Shown one piece after another: positions 29,280-38,834 of a DNA stretch of 64,000 nt. Position numbers and translations under genes: made by a program. Source of the stretch: Deltaproteobacteria bacterium (GTDB lineage: Bacteria; Myxococcota; Kuafuiibacteriia; Kuafuiibacteriales; Kuafuiibacteriaceae); the NCBI GenBank assembly GCA_040218735.1, contig JAVJQW010000017.1, forward strand, positions 288,001 to 352,000, read 5' to 3'. Numbering within the stretch: position 1 is the first letter of the stretch; every line of letters starts with the position of its first letter. The notes beneath the pieces were generated by a model, which worked only from the letters and a program-made list of their open reading frames with translations, was not told where the DNA came from and made no database searches.

Positions 29280-30278
29280 TCAGACGTCCACGGTGTCGCG
29301 GCCCTGCAGCTCGTCGATCGCCGAGGTCATCGCGCGCTCCAAACCGGCGGCATCGACCTCCGTGATCGCGAGGCCCTTGTTGGCCGTAGTCCGCAACCAG
29401 AACACACTCCCCGGGACGGGGATGAGCGTCGCGTCCCGCACGAACCAGTCGCCGGGCCCGAAGTCGAACCGTGTCAAAACGAAACGTGTCTTGGTCGCGA
29501 TGCCCCGCGCGAGATCGGCGAGGTAGCTCCGGAGGATCCAGTTGCCGCGGTCCTTGGACAGCACGTCCTTGGCGACGAGCGCGTCGAGGGCCTTCTGCCA
29601 CGCCGCTTCGTCCGGGACGGCGAGGCTGCCGGACGTCTCGGCCGCTTCCCCCGGTGTAAAGCGCGCGCGGCGCCCGGGCATGAGGACGGCGCCGTCCATC
29701 GTGGGGTCGAAGACACTGCGGGCGGGGCGCTTGGGGCCGAGCGAAGCTTCGCCGTGCAGGACGAGCTCCTTCGCGAAGCACACGAGCGCGTAGTACTCGG
29801 CCGACGTGAGCTGAAGCTCGATGAAGTCGCCGGTCGATCGCCGCGGCGAGAACTTGGTCCGAACCTCGTCGAGGATGTCGACCTCCTCGAGCGGCGGACC
29901 GATGTGGTGTTTGCTGCCCGAGCGCCGGTAGGCGACGTACGCGCCGGCCCGCAGGTACACGTCGAGGACGCGCTCCGCGCTGGCCGGGGAGGCGTGCAGG
30001 AGCACGACCCGGGCGTCGGGCTCGGAGACCACGAGCAGCCGGCGGACGATCTCGCGGTGCGGGCGGTACGTCCGTCGGTCCGCGAGCCCGCGGCGAACGA
30101 GGGTCCGTGCGCCGTTCTCCAGACGCTCCGGATCCACTTCGATCTGTAAGGGACCGAGGGGCGACTCGTCGTCGGTCGACAGCTCGCAGGTGAGCCGCAA
30201 CAACAGCAGCTCGTCGTCGGACAGCTCGACCTCCGAAGCAGGGTCGATCGCTTCCGAGCTCGACGCGGACGCGGACAC
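29280..30278 (-). CDS. Hypothetical protein with EspG-like pattern
   Basis: The C-terminal part of the 846-aa ORF that does not overlap sctU. It has two pseudo-repeats: 'ELSDDELLLL...RTLVRRGL' and 'QLTSAEYYAL...DALVAKDVL'. Confidence 0.55.
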   Translation of the reverse strand: MSASASSSEAIDPASEVELSDDELLLLRLTCELSTDDESPLGPLQIEVDPERLENGARTLVRRGLADRRTYRPHREIVRRLLVVSEPDARVVLLHASPASAERVLDVYLRAGAYVAYRRSGSKHHIGPPLEEVDILDEVRTKFSPRRSTGDFIELQLTSAEYYALVCFAKELVLHGEASLGPKRPARSVFDPTMDGAVLMPGRRARFTPGEAAETSGSLAVPDEAAWQKALDALVAKDVLSKDRGNWILRSYLADLARGIATKTRFVLTRFDFGPGDWFVRDATLIPVPGSVFWLRTTANKGLAITEVDAAGLERAMTSAIDELQGRDTVDV

Positions 30279-30338
30279 GTAACGACGAGGTTTAACACGC
30301 TTTGTGTAGCGCGTCGCGCATGGGGTAGCTTCGACTTC

Positions 30339-31547
30339 GTGTCGGGGGATACCGGCGAAAAAACCGAGGAGGCCACTCCAGAAAAACTTCGTAAGGCGAA
30401 GGAGGAGGGGCAGGTTCCGAAGAGTCAGGACCTCGTCGGCGCGCTCGGGTTCGCGACCGGGTTCTTCACGCTCGTCGGGCTGATCGGTTTTGTCTTCGGG
30501 GAGATCGAAGACTTCGCGCGGGCGTGCCTCGACGCCGCGGTCAACAACCCGTCCGAGGCGACGATCACCAAGCTCCTCGAGGACGCCATCCCGATGTTCC
30601 TCAAGGTCACGCTGCCCATCGGGGCGGCGGTGTTCGTGATGGGGGTGTTCTCGAACGTCGTTCAGACCGGGTTCTTCATGGCCTTCAAGGTCCTGATCCC
30701 GAAGATCGACAAGATCAACCCGATCAACGGGTTGAAGGGCCTGTTCAAGGTCAAGAAGTTCGTCGAGCTCATCAAGAACATGGTGAAGATGGGCGCCGCG
30801 GCCTGGATCGCCTGGAGCGTGATGGAGGACGCGCTCTACGACATGACGCTGGTCGTCACGATGCGATTCGAGCAGGCGGTGGACTATGGAAGTGGCCTGC
30901 TCTGGGAGTATCTTGTGAAGACGACTGCGCTGTTCGTGGCGATCGGCGTGGTGGACCTCATTTGGTCCCGGCGTGTCTTCAACAAAGAGCAGATGATGTC
31001 CAAGTACGACGTGAAGCAGGAGTACAAACAGAGCGAAGGCGATCCCCAGATGAAGGGGCAGCGCCGGCAGCTCGCGCACGAGCTGTTGTTCTCCGGCGGC
31101 GCGCAGAACGTGAAGAACGCGGACGCGGTCGTCGTGAACCCGGTGCACATCGCGGTCGCGATCAAGTACGACACGGACAACGACAAGGCGCCGAAGGTCG
31201 TGGCGAAGGGGATGCGCGTCCACGCCGAGAAGATCAAAGAGCTCGCGAAGCACTACGGCGTGCCGATCCTCAGGAACGTCCCGCTCGCGCAGGCGCTCAA
31301 CAAACTCGACATCGACGAGGAGGTCCCGGAGGAGCTGTACGAAGCGGTCGCCGAGGTCCTCGCGTTCGTCTACAAGATCAAGGAAGAGCAGGAGAACCGG
31401 CAGGCCGGCCAGGCGGACGATCGCGCCGCCGAGCAGAAGGCCCGCATGGCGCAGATGGGCGCGCACGCTTCGGCGCCCTCGACAGATCCGCCTCCCCGCG
31501 GGCAAGGTGGTGGCGGTAAAGGAAACCTGCTGAAGCGCAGAGGCTGA
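30339..31547 (+). CDS. sctU: T3SS switch protein SctU/FlhB
   Basis: EKTEEATPEKLRKAKEEGQV, EYKQSEGDP and NPVH autocleavage motifs. Confidence 0.95.
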   Translation: MSGDTGEKTEEATPEKLRKAKEEGQVPKSQDLVGALGFATGFFTLVGLIGFVFGEIEDFARACLDAAVNNPSEATITKLLEDAIPMFLKVTLPIGAAVFVMGVFSNVVQTGFFMAFKVLIPKIDKINPINGLKGLFKVKKFVELIKNMVKMGAAAWIAWSVMEDALYDMTLVVTMRFEQAVDYGSGLLWEYLVKTTALFVAIGVVDLIWSRRVFNKEQMMSKYDVKQEYKQSEGDPQMKGQRRQLAHELLFSGGAQNVKNADAVVVNPVHIAVAIKYDTDNDKAPKVVAKGMRVHAEKIKELAKHYGVPILRNVPLAQALNKLDIDEEVPEELYEAVAEVLAFVYKIKEEQENRQAGQADDRAAEQKARMAQMGAHASAPSTDPPPRGQGGGGKGNLLKRRG

Positions 31548-31548
31548 C

Positions 31549-32004
31549 ATGGCGGACATCAAGCAGAAGTGGCCGTGGCCGGCGAACGTCGGCACGCTCG
31601 GGACCTTCCCCGAAGAGGTCCACTCCCAGAAGAAACTCGAGAAGGACCTCGCGGCGTCGCCGATGCCCGAGCTGGCCCCGGAGCGGCTGCTCACGCCGAA
31701 GCGGTCGAGCGACAACCTACGGATGGGCGAGCCGGCGCCGGTGTACCCGGAGGGCCAGGAGCCAGTGCAGCTGGCGTTGACGCACGTGGTACTGCGGCGC
31801 CTGCTGATGAAGCGACGCAAGCGGGGTTGGAACCTGTTCGAGTCGTCGGTCGAGGACGAGGTGCTCGACGATCTGCCCGGCTCGCGACGCGACCAGATGC
31901 GCGCGATGCTGAAGCGTGAGAACGCGATGCTGCAGCTGTTGGAGCGCTACAACTCACTCGCGGAGATGGTCTACAGCCGGCTGATCGGCGAGGCGAAGGG
32001 CTGA
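31549..32004 (+). CDS. Hypothetical T3SS protein, possibly SctX/YscX-like
   Basis: Coupled between sctU and a TPR gene; Pro-rich N-terminus and a helical C-terminus ending in KG. Confidence 0.45.
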   Translation: MADIKQKWPWPANVGTLGTFPEEVHSQKKLEKDLAASPMPELAPERLLTPKRSSDNLRMGEPAPVYPEGQEPVQLALTHVVLRRLLMKRRKRGWNLFESSVEDEVLDDLPGSRRDQMRAMLKRENAMLQLLERYNSLAEMVYSRLIGEAKG

Positions 32005-32525
32005 TGGCCAACGGACCGCTCGTCAAAGCCGACGAGGCCGCGATCGCCCGCAAGATGGATCCTGACCGGGAGCTCGAGGTGGCTCCGGGGCGCGCGGTGA
32101 AGAAGTGGGCGCGGGGCGAGGCGACACTCCAGGAGCTGAAGGGATACTCGGCGGAGGAGCTGTTCGCGATCTCGTCGCAGGGCTACACGCTGTTCCTGAA
32201 CGGCAAGGTGCGGGACGCGCAGATCATCTTCGAGGGTCTGGTCGCGATCGACCCGCGCAACGACTACTACTACCGCGCGCTCGGGGTCGTGTATCACCGG
32301 CAGGGGGACGCGGAGCGCGCGCTTCGGCAGTTCACGCACGCGATCACCGTCGCGCCGAAGTCGGCGGCGGCCTACGTGAACCGTGCGGAGGTCCACATCA
32401 GCCGGCGCGATACGAACGCGGCGCTGCAGGATCTCGAGATGGCGATTCAGGTGTCGCGCGACCTCGCGCATCCCATCGCCCGCAAGGCGCTCGCGCTGCG
32501 GTCGCTCCTACGGCGCCGACGCTGA
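32004..32525 (+). CDS. TPR chaperone (SycD/LcrH or SctY-like)
   Basis: GYTLFLNGKVRDAQIIFEGLVAIDP; three TPRs. Confidence 0.8.
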   Translation: MANGPLVKADEAAIARKMDPDRELEVAPGRAVKKWARGEATLQELKGYSAEELFAISSQGYTLFLNGKVRDAQIIFEGLVAIDPRNDYYYRALGVVYHRQGDAERALRQFTHAITVAPKSAAAYVNRAEVHISRRDTNAALQDLEMAIQVSRDLAHPIARKALALRSLLRRRR

Positions 32526-32693
32526 AAAGGCGTGGATCGATCGGGACTTTCGACCAAATCCTACATGTAGTTCCATGTCGGCCCGAAACACCCATAAGCC
32601 CACGATTTCACACGAGATTCGCGTCGGACGATCGTCGGATCCTCGAACGATTACAGGATCTTGCAAGATCTCGTCTGTTTTTCGAAATCCCAA

Positions 32694-32720
32694 GCAACTT
32701 CGGCGACTTGGCACCGATAA
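32694..32720 (+). promoter_or_regulatory. Putative sigma28-like promoter
   Basis: GCAA-N15-ACCGATAA in an AT-richer 340-bp intergenic region. Confidence 0.55.
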
Positions 32721-32865
32721 ACTCCACGCCGATGACCGGAAGCGATGAAGCAACGTTCACGGTACGGTTGTGGTGATAGCACCGTGAAATGTTCGGACTC
32801 AGGAAGGTCCGGTAGATTGGCAACACGCGACGCTTCGAAAGCGACGCACTGAAAGGAAGACAAAA

Positions 32866-34089
32866 ATGGTTGGTTTCAACACGGCTGGCACGATCGCGAA
32901 CGACGTCCTCGGATTCTTCGGCGTCCGCGGCGCGGGCATCGGCGTGGCGATCGACTCGCTGCTCGGCAACCCGCAGGGCGTGCTCCTCAACATGCAGGAC
33001 GCCTACCTCGAGATGGCGCTCGGCCACGGCACGGGTCCGATTCAGCGCATGATGGGCAACGCGCAGATGTCGATGATGCCCTGGATGATGCCTTTTGGAA
33101 TGCCGTCGCCCATGGCGATGATGCCCGGCATGATGCCTTTCGCGGGCGCTGGGTATGCGGGCGCGCAGGAGATCGACCTGGCGCCGGGCTCCTGGAACAT
33201 CCCGATCCTGAGCAAGCTCTTCTCGGGTCGCCGTCGTGCGGCGGGCCGCTTCGAGCGGATGCTCCGCACGAACCCGCACGCGCGTGCGGCGTTCGAGGCG
33301 CAGATCGGTGGCCGCATCACGAACTTCGGCGTCCGTAACGACGGCAAGTTCACGGTGGCGCGCTTCGGCGCGGGCTACCACCCCGGCATGGCCGCGGCGA
33401 TCAACCCGATGGCGGCTTCGGCGCTCGGGTACTCGACGATGATGGGCAGCGCCATGATGGGCACCTACGGCAACATGGCGATGGGCGGCTACCCGATGTT
33501 CGGCAACATGTCGATGCTCGGCAACCCGTTCATGGCGATGACCATGGGCGGCATGGCGAACATCATGGGCATGGGCCCGTCGGGCCCCGGCGGCGCCGGC
33601 GCGGGCATGTTCGACAACACCGGTTGGCGCGGCGGCCAGGGCTACGGCTCCTGGAACCCGCTGACGATGCCGGGTCGCATCAACAACACGAACCCGGGCT
33701 CCGAGTACGCGCACCAGGCGCAGGTCGCGGGCGTGCTCGCCGACCCGTCGCTGACGGTCGAAGACAAAGTCACCCTCTTGATCATGCTCATCATGAACAA
33801 GATGGACGACGACATCGAGCGTCAGGCGCAGTACATCAACTCGCTGCAGCAGCAGCAGTCGAGCCGGACGCCGGGCGGCGACCAGGGTGCCGGCGGCGGC
33901 GCCTTCGGCCTGAGCGGTGGACCGTTCAACCCGCAGGGTGGTGGTGAGAACTCGCCTTCGATCGACGTCGAGACGATGAAGCTGAAGCGCATGATCGACA
34001 AGCGCTCGCAGATGTTCGACATGCTGCGTCAGATCATCGACAAGTACAACGAGACGGCGAAGAACATCATCCAGTCGATCGGCCGGTAA
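32866..34089 (+). CDS. Met/Gly-rich putative T3SS secreted structural protein (filament/translocator-like)
   Basis: AAGGA RBS; C-terminal helix KRSQMFDMLRQIIDKYNETAKNIIQSIGR; flanked by TPR chaperone genes. Confidence 0.6.
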   Translation: MVGFNTAGTIANDVLGFFGVRGAGIGVAIDSLLGNPQGVLLNMQDAYLEMALGHGTGPIQRMMGNAQMSMMPWMMPFGMPSPMAMMPGMMPFAGAGYAGAQEIDLAPGSWNIPILSKLFSGRRRAAGRFERMLRTNPHARAAFEAQIGGRITNFGVRNDGKFTVARFGAGYHPGMAAAINPMAASALGYSTMMGSAMMGTYGNMAMGGYPMFGNMSMLGNPFMAMTMGGMANIMGMGPSGPGGAGAGMFDNTGWRGGQGYGSWNPLTMPGRINNTNPGSEYAHQAQVAGVLADPSLTVEDKVTLLIMLIMNKMDDDIERQAQYINSLQQQQSSRTPGGDQGAGGGAFGLSGGPFNPQGGGENSPSIDVETMKLKRMIDKRSQMFDMLRQIIDKYNETAKNIIQSIGR

Positions 34090-34100
34090 TGATGAGCCCT

Positions 34101-34140
34101 GGATGAGCCGGGTTCGCCCCTTCGGGTGCCCGGCTCGTCC
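34101..34140 (+). terminator. Strong hairpin (terminator or mRNA stabiliser)
   Basis: GGATGAGCCGGG pairs with CCCGGCTCGTCC; there is no U-tract. Confidence 0.55.
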
Positions 34141-34238
34141 CTGCCCCTCCCCTCTCCCCTTCACCTCCAACCAGGACTCCCCGGACCGCGGTGGCCCCGC
34201 GGCACGCGCAGGTTTTTGCGATTTCCTGGGGGGATGCT

Positions 34239-35015
34239 ATGAACCGGATGAGCCGAAAAGCGATGGCGACCAAGGACAACAAGCCGAAGCCAGACAGCCT
34301 CCTCGACAAGCTGATCGCTCAGGGCAAGAAGCCCGAGGATCTGTCCGAGGAGGAGAAGGAAAAGATCCTCGCGGAGGTCGACAAAGAAGTCGAGAACATG
34401 ACCGCCGAGGACGTGATCAAGGCGGTCGAGAAGGGCGAGATCGAGATCGAGTACGTCGATCCGCCGAACCCGATCGACAACTTCACCGAGGAGAACTTCA
34501 AGAAGTTCCTGTTCGGCAAGATCACGTGGGCCCAGCTCGAAGGCATGACGATGGAGCAGGCCTACGCGATCGCGGAGTTCGGCTACACGATGTACCAGCA
34601 GGGCCGCTACAAGGACGCGCGGACGCTGTTCGAAGGCCTGGTCATCGGCAACCCGTACGACCCGTACTTCCACGCGATGCTGGGCGCGATCTTCACGAAG
34701 CTCGACATGCACGAGGAGGCCGCGCAGGAGTTCTCGATCGCGATCGAGCTCGACCCCGAGGACATCAACTCCTACGTGAACCGCGGCGAGCTGCTGCTGC
34801 AACACGGCGAGTTCGAGTACGCGATGGAAGACCTCAAGGCCGCCATCGACCTCGACCCCGAGGGCAAGAACCCCGCTTCGCTGCGCGCTCGGGCCCTCGC
34901 GGCCGCGACGGCCGCGGCGATCAAGGAGCTGATCGAGCGGCGTGAGGCGGAGGGTGACGACGCGCCCAAGAAGCCCGCCGGGAAGAAGCCGTCGGCTTCT
35001 CCGCCCAAGAAGTAG
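34239..35015 (+). CDS. TPR chaperone (SycD/LcrH-like)
   Basis: GYTMYQQGRYKDARTLFEGLVIGNPYD; paralogous to 32004..32525. The start could be 34263. Confidence 0.8.
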   Translation: MNRMSRKAMATKDNKPKPDSLLDKLIAQGKKPEDLSEEEKEKILAEVDKEVENMTAEDVIKAVEKGEIEIEYVDPPNPIDNFTEENFKKFLFGKITWAQLEGMTMEQAYAIAEFGYTMYQQGRYKDARTLFEGLVIGNPYDPYFHAMLGAIFTKLDMHEEAAQEFSIAIELDPEDINSYVNRGELLLQHGEFEYAMEDLKAAIDLDPEGKNPASLRARALAAATAAAIKELIERREAEGDDAPKKPAGKKPSASPPKK

Positions 35016-35147
35016 GCGCTCGGCTGCTTCGCGCGCGCCCTGGGACCGGGAACCCGAAAGATCGAAACTGGGGCCGGGGGATGGGAACTTGAATTGGGCG
35101 TGTAGTTGAGCAATCGCCTGTAGATCGGCCATCCTACCCCCCACCCG

Positions 35148-37307
35148 ATGAAGAACTTCATCGCAGTCCTCACGACCGGCGACCTCCGCCAGACGATCGG
35201 TCGGTTCTCCGACCTGATGCTCGCCGGCCTGGTGATGCTCATCGTTTCGATGCTCATCATCCCGCTGCCGCCGTTCCTCCTCGACATCTTCATCGTCATC
35301 AACATCTCGATCTCGGTGCTGCTGCTCCTGCTCGCGATGTACATCCCGAACGCGCTGCACCTCGCGTCGTTCCCGTCCCTGCTGCTCGTGACGACGCTGT
35401 TCCGCCTCGCGCTGAACGTGTCGTCGACGCGGCTGATCCTCCTGACCGCGAAGGCCGGTGAGGTCATCAAGGCGTTCGGCAACTTCGTCGTCCAGGGCAA
35501 CCTGGTCGTCGGTATCGTCATCTTCCTCATCCTCACGATCATCCAGTTCCTGGTGATCACGAAGGGCGCGGAGCGTGTCGCCGAGGTCGCGGCGCGCTTC
35601 ACCCTCGACGCCATGCCCGGCACGCAGATGTCGATCGACGCGGACCTCCGCGCCGGTGCGTTCGACATGGACGAGGCGCGGCGGAAGCGAAACGACCTCA
35701 ACCGCGAGTCGCAGCTGTTCGGTTCCATGGACGGCGCGATGAAGTTCGTGAAGGGCGACTCGATCGCCGGTTTGATCATCACCGCGATCAACATTGTCGC
35801 GGGCATCATCATCGGAACGACGATGCTCGACATGCAGGCCGCCGAAGCCCTTCAGGTCTTCGCGATCCTGACGGTCGGCGACGGCCTCGTCTCCCAGATC
35901 CCGGCGCTCCTCATCTCGATCACCTCCGGCCTCATCGTGACGCGCGTCGCCTCCGAGGACGCGGACAACCACCTCGGTAAGGACATCTCGCTGCAGCTCC
36001 TCGCACAGCCCCGCGCGTTCATGATCGCGACGGCGATGCTCACGATCTTCGGGCTCGTCCCCGGTCTCCCGATGGTGCCGTTCCTCTTCTGCGCGGCGCT
36101 CGTCGGCGCGGTCGGCTACGGCCTCAACCGCACCAAGCGCCTCAAGGCGGAGGGGCGCCTGCAGCAGATCGACGACGGCTCGCCGCCGTCAGAGGAGGAG
36201 GTCCAGGAGCAGCGGCAGAAGCGCATCCAAGCGCAGCGCATGCAGGAGGGCCAGTCGCAGCAGATGCTGCCGGTGGTCACGCCGATCGCGCTCGAGGTCG
36301 CCGCCGACCTCATCCCGCTCGTCGAGGACTCCGGCGAGGGCAGCAAGTTCCTCGGCGAGATGATCCCGATGATGCGCGACGGCCTCTTCTACGAGCTCGG
36401 CGTGCGCTTCCCCGGCATCCGCGTCCGCGGCAACGAGAGCGACATGCCGCCGGGCTCGTACCTGATCATGATCAACGAGATCCCGTTGGTCATGGGCACC
36501 GTGTCCCAGGACAAGGTGCTGGTGAACGACACCGTCGAGCGACTACGCCTCCTCAACATCGAAGGCGAGCCCGCGACGAACCCCGCGAACGGCAACGAGT
36601 GCGCGTGGATCGACGCGCAGTTCCAGGACGTCGCGGAGCAGGCCGGCCTCACGACCTGGGACGCGGCCGGCTACATCGTCCTGCACCTGTCGAGCGTGCT
36701 GCGTAAGAATGGCGCGGAGTTCGTCGGGATCCAGGAGACGATGAACATGCTCGAGCAGCTCGAGCAGGCGTTCCCGGCGCTCGTGAAAGAGACGGTGCCG
36801 AAGGTCGTCTCCCCGTTCCAGCTGACGGACATCCTGCGGCGCCTGATCGAAGAGGAGATCTCGATCCGCGACCTCCGCTCGATCCTCCAGGCGCTCGCCG
36901 AGTGGGGGCAGGTCGAGCACGACACGGTCATGCTGACCGAGTACGTGCGCGCCGCGCTCAAGCGCTACATCAGCCACAAGTACACGCGCGGTCAGAACAC
37001 CCTGATCGTGTACCTGCTCGATCCACAGATCGAAGAGACGGTGCGCAGCTCGATTCAGCACACGTCGTCCGGCTCGTACCTCGCGCTCGAACCAGAGATC
37101 ACGCAGGAGATCCTGTCGGCGGTGCGTACGGAGGTCGGCTCGCTGCCGCCCACCGCGCAGAACCCAGTCATCCTCACCACGATGGAGATCCGGCGTTACT
37201 TCCGAAAGCTCGTGGAGCTCGAGTTCCCGCACCTCGCGGTGCTCTCGTACCAAGAGCTGTCGCCGGACATGAACATCCAGCCGATCGCGCGCATCTCGTT
37301 GGAGTAA
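35148..37307 (+). CDS. sctV: T3SS major export apparatus SctV/FlhA
   Basis: ERVAEVAARFTLDAMPG, GSMDGAMKFVKGD, GDGLVSQIPALL and VLSYQEL motifs. Confidence 0.96.
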   Translation: MKNFIAVLTTGDLRQTIGRFSDLMLAGLVMLIVSMLIIPLPPFLLDIFIVINISISVLLLLLAMYIPNALHLASFPSLLLVTTLFRLALNVSSTRLILLTAKAGEVIKAFGNFVVQGNLVVGIVIFLILTIIQFLVITKGAERVAEVAARFTLDAMPGTQMSIDADLRAGAFDMDEARRKRNDLNRESQLFGSMDGAMKFVKGDSIAGLIITAINIVAGIIIGTTMLDMQAAEALQVFAILTVGDGLVSQIPALLISITSGLIVTRVASEDADNHLGKDISLQLLAQPRAFMIATAMLTIFGLVPGLPMVPFLFCAALVGAVGYGLNRTKRLKAEGRLQQIDDGSPPSEEEVQEQRQKRIQAQRMQEGQSQQMLPVVTPIALEVAADLIPLVEDSGEGSKFLGEMIPMMRDGLFYELGVRFPGIRVRGNESDMPPGSYLIMINEIPLVMGTVSQDKVLVNDTVERLRLLNIEGEPATNPANGNECAWIDAQFQDVAEQAGLTTWDAAGYIVLHLSSVLRKNGAEFVGIQETMNMLEQLEQAFPALVKETVPKVVSPFQLTDILRRLIEEEISIRDLRSILQALAEWGQVEHDTVMLTEYVRAALKRYISHKYTRGQNTLIVYLLDPQIEETVRSSIQHTSSGSYLALEPEITQEILSAVRTEVGSLPPTAQNPVILTTMEIRRYFRKLVELEFPHLAVLSYQELSPDMNIQPIARISLE

Positions 37308-37352
37308 GCCGGCGAGCGTCAGATCGGCGCCCGACCGGACGTATGGGAGCAC

Positions 37353-38771
37353 GTGCCGTTCCCCCGCCTCCCGCTCCTCTTCATCATCGCCGCGCTGGCT
37401 ACGGCGTGCGGCTCCGAGCCCCCCCAAAGCTCGCCCTCGACGCAGCGCGACGCCGGAGCGGCGCCCCCCACGGCCTGCGCACCGAACACCCTCGACGCGC
37501 CAGCGGCCGAGCTCGACGCCACCATCCGCGCGCAATGCACCCGGCAGATTTCGTGCGGTATCCCGTTCCTCAACACGGCGGCGACGGTCGAGGCCTGCGT
37601 CGCCGAGCGCACCCTCGCCCTCGACGACTACGCGCGTTCGCTCGCGACGCGCGGCTCGCGGGTCAGCGCCGAGAACGCTTGCCTGTGTCGCGTGGGATAC
37701 GAGGAGGAGGCGTGCGGCGCGTTGAGGCGCACCCCGCCGACGGCGTGCGGTCAGCTCGTGGTCGGCCCGGGCGCGCAGGGTGACGACTGCGCCTTCGACT
37801 TCGACTGCAGCGAGGGGCTCGTCTGCCTAGCGACGACGCAGTGCCCGGGGACCTGCGTCGAGATTCCGCCGCGGTGCACCGTCGACAGCTGCGGCGCAGA
37901 AGCGAAGTGTGACTTCGGGACCGGGCGATGTGATCCGCTCAGTCGCGCCGGGCAGGAGTGTACGGTCGGATGCGTCGAGGGGCTGTTCTGCGGGTACGCG
38001 CCGGGCGAGACACCGATGGGTCCTCCGACCTGCCTCCCCGCCGCGGAACCCGGCGCACGTTGTATCGGCGCAGAGGGCTCGTGTGTGTCGGGCTACACGT
38101 GCCAAGGGAGCTCGGGGGTGCCGCAGAGGTGTGCGCCGGCGCTCGGCCTCGACGACATGTGCTCGAGCTACACCGACTGTGCGGACGATCTGTTCTGCGA
38201 CTTCGACGTGTCGCGCTGCCGACCGCGTTCGGCGATCGGTGAGGCGTGTAAGAACTTCGGGCGACACTGCGTCGAGGGGCTGTACTGCGCGTCCCCGGCC
38301 GAAGCCGAGTGTGGACCGGATCGCCCGTGCGGAACCAGCCGCGAGTGCTGCCAAGTCGACGGCCGCGCCCAGTGCGTCCCCCTCGGCGGCACGTGCGCGC
38401 CACTCGACGGGACCTGCGCTCCGCTCGCGGACTACGCGGGGCCCGATCTCGTGAAACTCGCCGCTGGCGACGACTGTAGAGGCGGCCGGTGTCCGCTCGG
38501 CACCACGTGTCGCCTCGCCACCGAGACCGCGACGGTCCCGACGTGTGCCGACCTCTTCGAGCTCGGCGAGGCGTGCAACGCGTACGGCACCATCGACCCC
38601 TACGTCTGCCGGACGGGGATCTGCGACGTGTTTGCGTCGATGCGCTGTGTCGAGCTCAAGCTGCCGGGTGAGGCCTGCACGACCGACGCGGCGTTCACGC
38701 TCGAGTGTGGCTCGCTGATGTGCGACGGTGGCGTTTGCGCCCCCTGGGATTCGTTGTGCCGCGCGCCGTGA
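37353..38771 (+). CDS. Cys-rich repeat lipoprotein (Dickkopf/EB-like repeats)
   Basis: ATAC lipobox; repeated 'G..C....C..GL.C' units. Confidence 0.75.
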   Translation: MPFPRLPLLFIIAALATACGSEPPQSSPSTQRDAGAAPPTACAPNTLDAPAAELDATIRAQCTRQISCGIPFLNTAATVEACVAERTLALDDYARSLATRGSRVSAENACLCRVGYEEEACGALRRTPPTACGQLVVGPGAQGDDCAFDFDCSEGLVCLATTQCPGTCVEIPPRCTVDSCGAEAKCDFGTGRCDPLSRAGQECTVGCVEGLFCGYAPGETPMGPPTCLPAAEPGARCIGAEGSCVSGYTCQGSSGVPQRCAPALGLDDMCSSYTDCADDLFCDFDVSRCRPRSAIGEACKNFGRHCVEGLYCASPAEAECGPDRPCGTSRECCQVDGRAQCVPLGGTCAPLDGTCAPLADYAGPDLVKLAAGDDCRGGRCPLGTTCRLATETATVPTCADLFELGEACNAYGTIDPYVCRTGICDVFASMRCVELKLPGEACTTDAAFTLECGSLMCDGGVCAPWDSLCRAP

Positions 38772-38834
38772 ACGTGCGCGGTCGGCGCCGGACACATGAA
38801 CATCGAGGCCATCGCGCGTATGTTGCAAGCCTAG

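Noticed and set aside
30279-31820. N-terminal part of the 846-aa minus-strand ORF
   Set aside because: It overlaps sctU and the next gene antisense.
126-37307. Flagellar gene cluster
   Set aside because: No rod, hook, flagellin, motor or flhF genes in the window; SycD-like chaperones and a fused SctQ favour a non-flagellar T3SS.
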